Assembly (NCBI RefSeq): GCF_001194135.2
Contig: NC_068981.1
Span: 95,127,618-95,191,617 of the forward strand
Source: Octopus bimaculoides
Taxonomy: Eukaryota
Direction: 5' to 3'
Length of the DNA stretch: 64,000 nucleotides
The position numbers and the translations under genes were made by a program. Below the pieces are notes generated by a model. The model saw only the letters and a list, made by a program, of their open reading frames with translations, was not told the DNA's origin and ran no database searches. Positions 24,841-37,900 of the stretch are shown here, one piece after another (position 1 is the stretch's first letter; each line of letters starts with the position of its first letter).

Positions 24841-25105
24841 CATCAATTTAAAATGCAGAGCAATCCTCAGCTGCACAAAGACATAGAATTTAATTAAATT
24901 AGAACAGATGGACACATTAGTATAATTATACCTAAAATCTCCCAGAGTAGCTTCTATGCTGGAGTGAACGCAGCATGTTCTTTGTCTATCTCCTTAACTT
25001 CTTGGAGATTTTCGGTATAATTATACTAATGTGTCCAGCTGTTCTAATTTAATTAAATTCTATGTCTTTGTGCAGCTGAGGATTGCTCTGCATTTTAAAG
25101 TGATG
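24841..25105. mobile_element. 265-bp palindromic MITE
   Basis: TA|CATCA...TGATG|TA. About 105-bp arms with about 4 mismatches and a spacer of about 55 bp. Confidence 0.85.
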
Positions 25106-25218
25106 TAATGATTTAAAATATGGGCAGTAATTTTAACCAAGGGGAAACTAACAATTATACTTATTCCGGCAACATGACCATTACGTCATATTACCGCCGA
25201 TAAAGGTTTATTATGACT

Positions 25219-25300
25219 TGTATGTATGTATGTATGTATGTATGTATGTATGTATGTATGTATGTATTTATGTATGTATGTATGTATGTATGTATGTATG
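25219..25300. repeat. (TATG)n microsatellite
   Basis: Directly visible. Confidence 0.95.
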
Positions 25301-26289
25301 TAGGTAGGCAGGCAGGCCGGTAGGTGTCGCCTTTATAAACGCAGCTTCCTACTCAGACACTCTCTTGTCACTCTCGCCCTCAGCATTGCAGTGAACCCGT
25401 GATTGTCCCGTTGAAACTTGTAACCTTTAATTTCTATTGTGCACTAATTGATACATAAAAAAAGCAAATAAATCATTTTGAAATTTGTCCTTTGCTTTGT
25501 GTCATTTGTATCTCGATCAATAAACCTATATTTGCTCTTTAGCTCTTGATTTATATCCACTAGTATTGCATGCATTTTTCATTCTATATGACTTAAATAA
25601 CTAGCTTTCTAACATCAAATATTAAACCGGTTTATTGATGTAGTCTTTTTGATTTATTTGAATATTTCTTCTATATTTCAAACAGCACGAGGTTTCCGGC
25701 AACTGTCCTTTTTTTTTTTAATGCCCCCAGTATTTCTCATACTGTTCCTTTTTCCTTGGGTTTACTTTTAATTATATATTATTTATTTATTTTTTACTTT
25801 CTTTTTGCTAGGAGCTTGCAACTCCTATTTCATTTCTTTCTCCCCTAAAATATAGGGGAAAAGGTAATGAAAAGTATGTCTTGCATATTTTTTTCCAAGA
25901 GCATTAGTGACGCTAGAGAAGCGATGTTGCTAAAATCTCTTTTCTAGGGATTGTAATTGTCTCCTTACCTTATTACGTACTTTCTCCATTTTACATTGAA
26001 ACTGACAGTTTTAGCTATATTTTTTGTAACACAAAACTATTTTTTTTTGTGTGAGCAGAGAATACACTGATTAAATTTCGGTAATATACTAGTGGTATCT
26101 ATGTTATCTCACAAAAATTTACTGATTCACAATAGTATAACAAACAAGGGAGGCAACTTATTCAATAATGGGGCGTTATAGTTCATTCTTCTCACCTTTC
26201 AGGTGTTACAAGTCAGCCAATACAGCAAAATTAACCAAACACTTACACATTAATGATACACACTTATGTATTTTTGTACATAATCATGT

Positions 26290-27035
26290 AACTGCTGCTC
26301 TTCTACTGCAGGCGGACTCATTCTGCTATCTTGGAAGCAACTTGGCTTCTGCATCTTTAGGGAGACTTAGTGAATGAGTCTTTCGGAATAAGAACCTTAG
26401 AACAATTACAAGAATCTCTGTTTATCGAGCTGTCTGTATATCCATCCTCCAGTACGGGTCTGAGTGCTGGATCTTTTATCGGCGTTCCGTATCAGATCAT
26501 TGCAAAGTATCCTCGGTCTCATGTGGCAGGACAAAGAACCACATACTGAAATCCTCCCGAGGGCTGGGATCCACAGCGTCGAGGCCTGCTTCCTTCGTCG
26601 TTTTCTTCTCTGGGTCGGCCATATGATTCAGATGCCGGGTAACCAGCTCTCAAAGACGGTACTCTTCAGTGTGATCGAGACTGGATGAAGACCTCATAGA
26701 CGTCCAAGACTTCGTTTTCACGATCATTTTAAGCGGTCTCCCATTTGATGCTGTGTCCCTCCCAATCGCTTATTAATCGGAAGTAATTAATCGGCTATTA
26801 ATCGGAAGTAATGGAAGTTCGTGTGTGATGCTGGAGTAGAGCGCTTTGAAACCGAATGCAAGAGATTGCATAAAGGGAGTAGAAGACGTCGTCATCATCC
26901 CTCCCAGTCTGCAGTGGTTGTGGGGGGTCACTTTCAGTGCACCCAGTGCCACAGTATCAGCTTATCTCATATCGGTCTTGTCAGTCACGTCCGCTCCCAT
27001 GAGAAACACTGTGCTGGAGGCAGTGGAGGATGAAT
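26290..27035 (+). mobile_element. RTE-clade LINE C-terminal fragment
   Basis: DSFCYLGS, VYRAVCISILQYGSECW, RSLQSILGLMWQDK, LLWVGHMIQMP and terminal C2H2 FQCTQC...HIGLVSHVRSH. Confidence 0.85.
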
Positions 27036-27263
27036 GTATTGGATTGACGCGGTCATCACCTTTGATGGGCCGTTTTAAGCAAAGTAGCTGTAAAAGGTTG
27101 ATAGTTGCAATAGAGACATTAGTCTCTCTCTATCACCTTTCAACAAAATTATATATTAAGAGACAGTAGAACAATTAATAACATAATAAAAATAAGTTTT
27201 ATTTTTGGTGATGCTTGGTTTTACAAATCCTGTGTCATTCAGCTTAGCAGCCGCTGGTTTACT

Positions 27264-27587
27264 TGTAGTCGGCATTGGAAGGTTAAGGGCTCCGTTGATG
27301 CATGCCAGAGGAGAAAATAGCTGTCACGTCGAAGAGCTTCGTTGAGGAGCAAGTTGTTGACACGTCGAAGGCATCGCTCTAAGGGGCTTAGAAAACGAAA
27401 GTAACGCTTTAAGTACTGGTTTTACTACGCATGCGCACTCGAGGGGCTTCCAGGAAGGTAAGTCCCTTGCGCATGCGTAGNNNNNNNNNNTACGCATGCG
27501 CACTCGAGGGGCTTCCAGGAAGGTAAGTCCCTTGCGCATGCGTAGATTGTACTTCCTCAATGGCGGCCATAATTTCGCGCCACTACA
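27264..27587 (-). mobile_element. Solo LTR-like repeat related to 9412-10751
   Basis: TGTAG...CTACA termini. Shares the GCGCATGCG inverted module and the CACTACA end. No clear TSD; contains a 10-N gap with a duplicated edge. Confidence 0.55.
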
Positions 27588-28269
27588 TAGCCTTTAAGTG
27601 CAAAGGAGTACGTTTAGTACAACTGTAGCGACAAGAAGCAGAGACCGTGGCTGTCAAAGAGAGTTCATCATCCCTAATTGCCACCCACTAATGGTCTGAT
27701 TTACAATAACCATCTAAAGTAATGGTCCTCAACCAAGGTCCATATGACCCCCAGAGGGTCCATGTAAGATTTTTCGGAGTCCATGCAAACAAATAGTAAA
27801 TTGGGGATCCACAATAATATTTTAAGGGTCCCTGAAAAAATTTTGCTTTAGATGTATGTATTGACATGTATTGCAAGAAATAGCTTGGTTTCTTTCTCTG
27901 ACATTTTACACAGTTCAACTACACAAGATGATGCGTGGAAAACAAAATAGGAATTTTGAAAGAAATTTCTATAAAACTAGTTTTAAACATCGAATGGCTA
28001 TGGGAGTCCACCAGAATAGAATCGTAATTAAAGGGGTTCATTGGTAAAAAAACGGTTAAGAAGCTTTCATCTAAAGGTGTAGAAACATTGAGGTCAGGAG
28101 TGTTCTGAAGTATCATTGCTGGGGAGACTCGGATACTGCTGATTTAGGTACAAGATTCGAAGAAACATCAACACAACAGGGTTGTCTTAAATACACAATA
28201 TCCCATCGCAGAATCTGACATTTCCGAAGTGAGGATCCACATTCAAAAGTTTTACTTCTACTGCTAAAG

Positions 28270-28470
28270 GTTTATATTTACTCTGGCGTTTAGAAATTCC
28301 GTTTTCAATATGACGTTACTCATAGGCCAGGAAAGACAATATTGCTGACTCTCTGTCTCGGATTTGTGCTGTAATGTCGGATACAGATGTATTTCATAGA
28401 ATTCATAAGGACTTGTGTCATCCTGTCATCATACGAATGCTTCATTTTGTGCATACCAGAAATAAATTCA
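28270..28470 (+). mobile_element. Gypsy pol relic (RNase H end and integrase zinc-finger start)
   Basis: WRLE...YDVTHRPGK-NIADSLSRICAV...IHKDLCHPVIIRMLHFV. Confidence 0.75.
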
Positions 28471-28499
28471 AAATAATGCTTTATACATACTCGACATCT

Positions 28500-28971
28500 T
28501 TTATAGGGTTTTAGGGTTAGGGTTAGGGTTAGGGTTATGAGTATTTTTGCCAAATTTGGTGAGAGGCAAAAATACTCATAGCCCTAACTCTAAAACCCGA
28601 GCCCTAACCCTAAAACCCTAAAGCTAAAACCAGTACAAACGCACGAACGATGTCATAAATAACAGTACCGCCGATAGTTGTTGTTGACAAACAACGGCAC
28701 TAATTTTATTCAAGGGAAAAGTTCCCATTACACCGCTAGAACGTGTTGTTTACATTCGACAGCAGTAATTGTTTTCACCTCAAGAGACGTCAGTGATTGG
28801 TTGAAATTACCGAAATGCAACAATTCTAACACGAAATAACTTTAAAAAGATAAAATTTTCTCAATAACATTAAGAGTAAAAGATGTTCTATATGACACAT
28901 TCTACCAGTGTCCCAAGTTTGAAAGTGTTTCGTTAAGAAAACAAGTGGCGCCCGCCAAATCAGAAAGATCC
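28500..28971. mobile_element. Telomeric foldback family, copy lacking one arm
   Basis: (TTAGGG)n - palindrome GAGTATTTTTGCC..GGCAAAAATACTC - (CCCTAA)n, followed by an arm ending TCAGAAAGATCC. Confidence 0.85.
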
Positions 28972-29850
28972 AAAAATCGAAAACTCAAATATCACGACTA
29001 GAGAATTTGCTGAAGAGTTAGAAGTTTCTAAAAGTACGGTCCATGAACACCTGGTGAAGCTAGGATACATTTCTCGCTATAATGTATGGGTCCCTCACAA
29101 GCTCTCAAAAAAAAAAAAAATTGCTTGGGCCTGTATTCCGTTTGTGATATGCTTTTGAAACGGAATGAAAGCATACCTTTTTTGAAACAACTTGCGACTG
29201 AAGATGAAAAATGGATTGTGTACGAAAACGTAGTGCAAAAAAGATCTTGGAGTTTGCGTAATGATCCCCCAAAACTGCTACCAGAGACGAATATCTATGC
29301 GAAGAAAGCTATGCTTTGTGTTTGGTGGGATCATAAAGGCATTATTTATTATGAGCTTCTTCCACAAACTCAGACCATTAGTTCTGATGTGTACTATCAT
29401 CAGCTGGCTAATTTGAACCAAAAAATCAAAGAATTGAGGTCGGAGATTGCTAACAGGAAAAGGGTAGTGTTCCAACACGATAATACCCGACCATATATGC
29501 CTTTGGCTACCTGAACAAAGTTACATGAACTTGGCTAGGCTCTCTTATCCCATCCACCATATTCTGATATTTCGCCATCCGACTACCGCTTGTTTTTGTC
29601 TCTACAGAACTCATTGCAAGGAAAAACATTTAACGATTTAGATGCAATCAAAATGCACCTAGACAACTTTTTTTTCTTCAAAATCAGTCAAATTTTATGC
29701 TGATGGAATATTTAAATTACCCAATAAATGGGCAAAAGTCATTAGTAATGACGAAAATTATTTCATTGAATAAAATTCATTGAACGGTCAATTATTTATA
29801 TCACTTTGTGCATATTAAAAGGCGCTCACAATTTTCCGGACAACCTAATA
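28972..29850 (+). mobile_element. 5'-truncated mariner relic
   Basis: TTREFAEELEVSKSTVHEHL, VWVPHKL, LATEDEKWIVY, FQHDNTRP and HPPY.SDISPSDY. Right TIR TTCCGGACAACCTAATA. Confidence 0.85.
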
Positions 29851-30038
29851 TATTTTCTGTGAGAAAAACGTACGCTCTGAATGCATATAATAAATATAAT
29901 TATTAAATACTACATTTTCGTTTGGGCGCTGGCTGCAAAGCGTGAGCTTAGAACAATGATTCTCAAACAGGAGGCACTTTGTTATCAGTGGAGGGATTTC
30001 AGTTATGAGAGGAAAACTAAACACGAAAGAATGTACAA

Positions 30039-30075
<37 letters not shown>

Positions 30076-30441
30076 AACACACACACTAAAGTACATTGGA
30101 ATCGTGCCAGTGACTAGTAGTGCGACGAAATTTTTGACACCATGTGAAGCTAACAAACTCCGGACCTTAGTGAGTGGCTAATATGTGTCTTCCACGCTGT
30201 AATTGTTATATGAAGGCGACGTATGAGTGTTCAGCTTTAGCCGAACGACCTGCACAAATGATTTGTTTATAGTGATCAGATATATGTGCTGTACATTAGC
30301 TCACTTCCTCTATCAAATCGATGTCGCCTGAACACGTGCACGGTGTACCACGTGTCAGGTGTCGAAATGNNNNNNNNNNNNNNNNNNNNNNNNNNNNNNN
30401 NNNNNNNNNNNNNNNNNNNNNTATATATATATATATATATA

Positions 30442-30622
30442 TGTAGCGAGGCACAAGAAGCCATCGCCATTTTGAACGAGATTTCGCCGGTAGCCATTGC
30501 CAAGCGCGAGACAAGAACGAGATCTCGCTTGCGCGATACAACAACGAGATTCTCGCCAGCAACCAGTATTTAAGCAAGAAACCACGACATTCACATTCAT
30601 AAACCCTCCATTCCATTATACA
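30442..30622 (+). mobile_element. Short solo-LTR-like repeat
   Basis: TGTAG...ATACA between (TA)n and (TACA)n, with three internal AACGAGAT(T)-TCGC-like repeats. Confidence 0.3.
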
Positions 30623-31260
30623 TACATACATGCATGCATGCATACATACATACATACGTACGTACGTACGTGCATACATACATACATACATACATACATA
30701 CATACATAAATACACACACACGCATGCATGTACGCACGCACACACGCACGCACACACACACATACCGGATGAAATACCATTATACACAACCACAAAGGTG
30801 ATCACAAATTAATAGTAAAAACAAACAAGCAAACAAACAATTCCTGCTCCAGACTTAATCCCGCTTGAGAGTATTCAATTATCGAGGTTTGAAATGCGTG
30901 CTAATGTTAATATTATCGTCGAGTGGAATTTGTTAATTGGCTTTTAGAAGTTGCCAACGACTGGAGGTCTAGACTTGACAGCAGGGATGAAGGCCAGCAT
31001 CACTTAACATACGTAACCCGAATTGTCAATGCCTGTCTGAAATATATTCTGAGACAAAGCTGAAAAACAGTTTCATATCTGTAAGCTTGTCTTTTTTTTT
31101 TAAAACTAAGTTTCACAGTTGTTGACATTGGGGATTAGCTGAGACAAAAATAAAATGACAAAAACGAATAAAGATTTCCAAAATTTAACATTTACTTTTC
31201 AGATTTCCATGACAATAAAATAAATGCTTTTGGCCTTCCCTACATTTTATTGGGGTATTA

Positions 31261-31453
31261 CCGTATTTTCCGGCACACAAGTCGAATTTTTCAGACCCAA
31301 ATTTACAGCCAAAACGGTAGGTCGACTTATACACCAAGACGACTTTGGAAAACAGAAATTTCATTTGAAATGCGGCAGGATTTTGAAAGATTGTGACGAT
31401 GTTAGAATGGTTTTATAATGTGTTTACGTCAACTTGTATACCGGAAAGTACGA
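31261..31453. mobile_element. Tc2/pogo-type MITE
   Basis: TA|CCGTATTTTCCGGCACACAAGTCGA ... TCAACTTGTATACCGGAAAGTACGA|TA (20/25 TIR match). Confidence 0.6.
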
Positions 31454-31769
31454 TAAACCAAATGGAAGTTTTATGATCCATTGAGATAAGGATCTAATTT
31501 TAATTCGATTGCAATTAATAAAAAAAAAAATTAATGCTTTAAGTTGTTTCTATGTATTTCTCACATCCCAGTTATTTTCCTTCATCATTTATACATACTT
31601 CTTATTTATTTCTTTTGTTTTAAACATTGGGCTGTGGTCCAATTAATTTATCAATAACAAACATTATTTGGGAGCTTCAAGATTGGATTATTGAGATAAT
31701 CATTTAGTTCCCTGTATCTTTAACATTGGTTTACTCAGAATGTAAAGATGGACTAAATGCCACTAAACA

Positions 31770-32050
31770 TTTTGTCCGGCGTGCTAGCAATTCTACCAGC
31801 TCACCACCTTTAGTGTATCCTTAATATTACCACTTCGGAAGGCGTCGAGCTAGCAGAATCGTTACCGCATAGGATAAAAGGCTTAGCAGCATGTTTTCCG
31901 ACTTTACGTTTTGAGTTCAAATGCCACCGGAGTCAACTTTGCCTTTCATCTTTTCAATAAAATAAACAGCAGTTGAGCACCGGGGTCGATGTAATCGATT
32001 TACTCACTTCCCAGAAAATGCTGGCCTTGTGCCAAAATTTGAAACCAATA
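31770..32050 (+). mobile_element. SINE family B, degenerate
   Basis: GGCGTCGAGCTAGCAGAATCGTT head, B-box and central domain. Confidence 0.75.
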
Positions 32051-32660
32051 TTCTCACTTTGGTTGAATATAATGTTTTTGGTGAATATCAACTGATTCAA
32101 ATAACTTATTTGTTCAGACCTGAAATAGATAGACTCGGTAAAAAGCATACATATTCCAAAATACGTTACATTAAATGCCCTGTGATTTAAAATAGAAGGC
32201 TGTGGATCATTTGGTACCGAGCCGCACAGAAAAAATGATTTTTAAAGTTTTATTTCTATTTCTACTATCACAGTCTGCAGGGTGTTTTATTTTGAAAAAT
32301 TACCACTTCAATCTGTGCCTCTTTACTGCATTTCTCTAAATCAGTTTTTCTTTTCTTTTTTCACTGTACCGAGTAATGAAGTCCACAGACTAACTAAGAT
32401 CGCGTGATACCTTGGTCTGTGGAAAATTTCTTTCGTGAAATTGATCTGTGATGCAAGAAAGATTAGGAACAGCTGATTAAAAAAACACACACTTTGTGTA
32501 TGCAGCATTCTAGTACAGTTAGCGAGGTAATATTATTTCTTGTGTACATATTGGAAACGACAATTATAGAGTCGATTACTTAGAGTCATGCAGCTGGTAC
32601 ATATATTTTTTCTCAAAACACTGGAAAATAGTGTTCTTAACTATTTTCATTATTAAATAG

Positions 32661-34480
32661 CTTTAAGGAAGCGAGCTGGCCGAATCGTAAAACGCACCGG
32701 ACAAAATGCTTAGCGGCATTTCGTCCGTCTTTACATTCTGAGTTCAAATTCCTTTTGCCTTTCATCTTTTCGGGGTCGATAAATTAAGTACCAGTGAAAC
32801 TGTGGGGTCAATATAATCGATTAGTCTTTTCCCCTCAAAATTTCAGACCTTGTGCCTTTAGTAGAAAAGATTTAAATTGCTTTAAGGCGGCGAGCTGGCA
32901 GAATCGTTAGCACGCCGGGTGAAATGCTTAGCGGTATTTCGTCTGCCGTTACGTTCTGAGTTCAAATTCCGCCGAGGTCGACTTCGCCTTTCATCCTTTC
33001 GGGGTCAATAAATTAAGTACCTGTTACGCACTGGGGTCGATGTAATCGACTTAATCCCTTTGTCTGTCCTTGTTTGTCCCCTCTATGTTTAGCTCCTTGT
33101 GGGCAATAAAGAAATAAGAATCGTTAGCACGCCGGGGAAAACGCTTAACGGTATTTCGTCCATCTTCTGAGTTCAAATTGCCCCGAGGTCGACTTTGCCT
33201 TTCATCCTTTCGATGTCGATAAAACAAGTGCTAGTCATGTACTAGGGTCGATGTAATCGACTTACCCCTTCCCCGAAATTGCTGGTCTTGTGCCAACATT
33301 TGAAACGGTTATTAAATAACCTTTAAAGACGGTGAGCTGGTAGAACCGTTAGTACCCCGGATGAAATACATTGTAGTGTTTCGTTCGTCTTTACGTCCTG
33401 AGTTCAAATTACACCGAGGTTGGCTTTGTCATTCACCCTTTTGGGGGTCAATAAAATAAGTGCCAGCTGACCACTAGAGTCGCTGTAATTGGCTAGCCCT
33501 TCCCTTTAAAACTGCTGTCCTTGTGCCAAAATTTTAAACTTATGATTAAACAGTCTTTAAAAAGTGGCGGATTTTTCAAAATCGCTTCAGCGTTAGACAA
33601 AATGTCTTGCAGTATTTGTTTCGGCTCAATACATTCTGTGTTCAAATCCTGCCGGGATGAACTTTACCTTTCATCCATCCGACATCGATAAAATAAGGTA
33701 CCACATCAAATACTTAGCCGATATAATCGTCTAATCCCTGCTCTCAAAATTGCTGGACTTTTACCTAAATCAGAAATAATTATAAAACTGTTTTTACAGG
33801 GTGATGGATTGTCAAAATCGTTAGAGCGTCGGACAAAATGTTTTGCATTATTTATTATGGCTGTTTAGGTTCTGAGTTCAAATCACGTTGATACTAGTTT
33901 TTCTTTTCATCTTTTCGGGGTCAATGAAATAAAGTTCCAACCTACTGGAGTCAATGGTATCAGCTAGCTTTCTTTCCTCATAATTGCTGACCTTGAGCTT
34001 AAACCGGAAACTATTATTAAAAGCCTACATAGGACGGTGGATTTGCAAAATTATTCGATCGATGGACAAAATACTTTCAGTATTTATAGCGGCATTTTAC
34101 ACTCTGAGTTCGACTCCAGCAGAGGTTAAATTCACCTTTCATCCTTCAGGGTCATTAAAATACGGTATCATTTAAGTACCAGGGTCGATATAATCAACTG
34201 TTCCTTTAACCTAAATTTTAGACCTTGTCTCCATGTAAGAAACCAATATTCGGGTCGTTGGATTAGCAGACTCATTAGAACGTCGGTCATAACAAATATT
34301 GCATGACCATGCGATATTCGTTCCGGCTTTACGTTCTGAGTTCGAAACCCACCGAGACCAGCTATGTCTTTCATTCTTTTGCGGTCGATAAAATAAAGAA
34401 GTGCTCAAGACGATTTAAGCGACTAACCCTTCTCTCAGAATTTCTGGTCTTGTACCTATGTTAGGAACAGTTTTCAAATA
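32661..34480 (+). repeat. Head-to-tail array of about 8 SINE family B units (about 230-bp period)
   Basis: Unit starts at about 32661, 32881, 33117, 33321, 33555, 33791, 34023 and 34250. Each has an A-box, B-box and CTTTCATC...GTCGAT.AAATAAGTAC. Confidence 0.85.
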
Positions 34481-34714
34481 GTCTTTCGTAAATGACGACA
34501 ATTTCCAAAACTAAGATAAAATTCTTTACGCTTAACCCCTAATATCAACTACAACAACTAATTGAGTGTTGGAAATAATCATATTACAATCAAACTTAAT
34601 GATTAAAACAGTAATCTATACCAGTACTGTTTAATTTATTTGCCATCCTTATTCATTTGTTCTATTTTTGTTGATAGAAAAAAAAAAGTTCATGCCTTGT
34701 AAAGACATAATATT

Positions 34715-34845
34715 AGTGGAACATCAATGCGACAACGGATAAGTTCATATATCTCGGGGCCGTATTCACGAGTAATGGGAAGCAGGCGGGTGAATTGGCT
34801 GCTCGAACAGTAGGTGCAGGCACAGTAATGCGCCAGCTCCAGTGT
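34715..34845 (+). mobile_element. RTE LINE RT fragment
   Basis: DKFIYLGAVFTSNGKQAGELAARTVGAGTVMRQL. Confidence 0.7.
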
Positions 34846-34974
34846 TCGATTCCCAGAAGACGAGAGATTAATAATAAATAAATGAGTAGATAAATAAACC
34901 AATCTCATTATTTTCAATTTATTTTCGCGCCTAACCTCGCCTATGGTCATGAATGTTGAATAATGAACGAAAGA

Positions 34975-37900
34975 GCGATCGTAGAGTAGTCGTCCTTTCT
35001 GGCTTGAAGCTGGGGAGAGCTTACACGTGGATATAACTGTGATGTCTTGCTGGTTTTCTATGACCTGACGCTTGGAGGGATTGTCGTCGATTGCAACTTG
35101 AAGTAAGAACAAATTTATTTGTGTCTTACAACAAGCTATTTCGCACGTCGTTACCAGTTGTGAAGATACGCCTTAGTTTTTTTTCTCCTCGTTTTGGCAC
35201 TCCTGCCTTTCCGACCGCCGACGCGCGATGACCACAAAAATCAGAATCAGTAGCGATATATTGAGACCATTTGCTGGGGAAGGTGATATAGTGGCCTGGA
35301 TAAAAAAAAGGTGGGACTTGTGGCAAAGATGCTGGGTATTGAAGATGTGGCTAGCTTTATGCAGCTATACTTAAAAGGCAGTACGCTGAATCTCTACATA
35401 GAAATAGACAAAGCGGATCAGGTGAAAGTGGAAAAAATTGAAGAGCGTCTGAAGGACGCGTACTCGGAAGGGACTTCAAAGCCTACAACAAGCTCGGGAG
35501 AGTAAGATGAACGGGCTAGCAGGCCGATAATTTTGTGAGCGAGATAAAAAGGTTAACGGGCTTAGCAAGGTTTACTGGAGAAGCGATGGAGCGGATGAGC
35601 AGCGATGGAATACCAATGGAACGATAGAGCGATAAAGCTGGCTTTTGTGACCGGATACCCCGATCATATCCCAGTACGTTTGCAGCAAATGCCGGACATT
35701 GAAACGATGTCAGTAGGAGAAATGGTGGATAAGACGCGAGTGTTGATGCAAAACAACACGCTCGACGTTGTGGCAACAGTGATGGCGGATATGAGTAGAA
35801 CAAAGAGGCAAGCGACAACAGGAGTATGGTTAGACGAACGGCTAAGGAACCATGCTTTAGCTGTCAGGATCTGCACATGGTCAAAGAAAAATCAAAGGTA
35901 GTGTGTTATCGATGTGCCCATCTTCGGCACATAGCGAACTATTGTAAGCAGGGAAACGAGGAGAATGGGAATTACTGAGCCGCTAGCCCCCCTCCCCCCA
36001 CCAACCCACTGAAGGCGTACTACCTGTCGTTGCCTGTAATAAGGTTTCTGGGGGCGGGAGGAAGCACGAGCCCTTGTAGATACGGGTTGCACAACCATCC
36101 TGGTAACCATGAGAATAGTTGAGAGCTGGAGAGGAAACATCAGTCTCAATACGGTGGATGGCAGGGAAGTCAAATGATGCGTCAGCGAATTGGAACTGGA
36201 GATACAGGTGTCAGTGTTAAAGCTGTAGGTGTTTGTAGTTGATGAGATGGTGGACTGTGTCGACGTAGTGGACGAAATGGACGTGATCCACGTTTGGGCG
36301 GCGTCACGGTTAGCGGAGCAGGAGTAAAATTTCGTGACCGGTGTGCTGTGAGCTGTAAGCGTGGAGCAGAGAAAGAAAGCAGTAGGGGTGACAGGTTATC
36401 ATCAACGAGAGGGGACACCGTAGGCGCAATTGAAGATGAGGACTTCCGTGCAGAGTTCGACGGCGAAAGATAGACGGTAGAGTACTATTGGAAAGAAGAA
36501 CCCCCATGCTAAGAAAAAAGGTAAGTTGCTATGAACACACCCTGAAAGGAGAAGCCAGGTTCGGGTTCGAGAGAGAAGTGGACAGATGGATAGAGGAAGG
36601 TATTTTAATACCATAAAGAGAAGAGACGACGAGTGGTGTGCTGCCGTTGATGGTTGTAATTCAGCTGACAAAAGATAAGGTTTCAACAGTGTTGGACTTT
36701 CGAGAGTTGAGCGAGCACGTGTCCCGCTACATAGACAATGAGGCAGCGGATGTGTGTGAGAAAACTCTGCGGGAGTGGAGGCAAATGACAAGAGCGACTC
36801 CGATCGTCGACTTCAAATCGGCCTATCTGCAGCTCCACGTGTCCGAGAAGTTGTGGAGGTACCAACTAGTGAGGTATAGGCCAGAACATACTGTCTAACT
36901 CGGCTGGGTTTTGGCCTAAGTTCAGCGCCGAAGATCGTAGCGAAGGTCCTTAATGCGGTTTTGGGAAAATAAACTACAGTGGAGCAGGCTATCAGTTCAT
37001 ATACTGATGACATCCTGGTCGATGAGAGCGTGACATCGGCAGAGGAAATCGTGAATTATCGTAGGATGTTCGCATTGACAAAACCACCAGAGGCTATAGA
37101 AGGAGGTTCAGGCTCGAACGAGATAAAGCGAGTAGGCTTGTGTTTCGCAGAGGAAACGAGATTACGGACTTGTATCAGGATATGAATAGTCGAGGGTTGT
37201 TCTCGATGTGTGGGAAGCTGATAGATCACTACCCTGTCGTAGGATAGCTCCGAACGGCATGTAGCTATATTGAAAGGCGAGCAGAAGGAGTGAACTTGGG
37301 TGATAAAGTGGGAGAGAAGACGACTGAGAATGGGAACCGAAGATCCAGTGAAGGGCAGCTGGTATGTACCTGACACAAAAAAAAGGAATCGTGTGGTGTG
37401 ACGCAAGCAGTGTAGCGTTGGCAGTCATTCTAGAAATAGGAGGTGTTAAGGTGGAAGACGTGGTGTGGCTCAAGAAGAACGACTACAACCACATCATTGT
37501 AGCTCAACTGGACGCTGTATTAAAGGTTCTGAACCTCGGACTGAGAGGGTGACTGCAAGCTGTCGAGATTCGGACCGATTCTTCCACGGTACGGGGGTAG
37601 GTGGCATCAGTGATCACCAACCAGAAGGGGATCCACATGAAGGAGGCACGGAAATGGTGATTAAGCGTCGCCTGGGAATCGTGAGGGAGCTAGCCGCTGA
37701 GTTCGGCCTGAAGTTGCATGAGTTTTTCGTGCCCTCGGAAAAGAATAAGGCGGATGTTCTAACCAGAGTAAAAAAAGCACTGGCTGGAAACGACAAAGGA
37801 TGTTTCGAGTTGAGTGGTTGAAGCTTGTAGGCTGGAGGGCCCAAAACTGAGGAGGTTGCACAACATGCACTAGATGGAGGTGGACAGGACGTTGTTTTGG

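Noticed and set aside
27425-27545. 55-bp tandem duplication
   Set aside because: An exact repeat on both sides of a 10-N gap at a strong hairpin, typical of an unmerged contig overlap.
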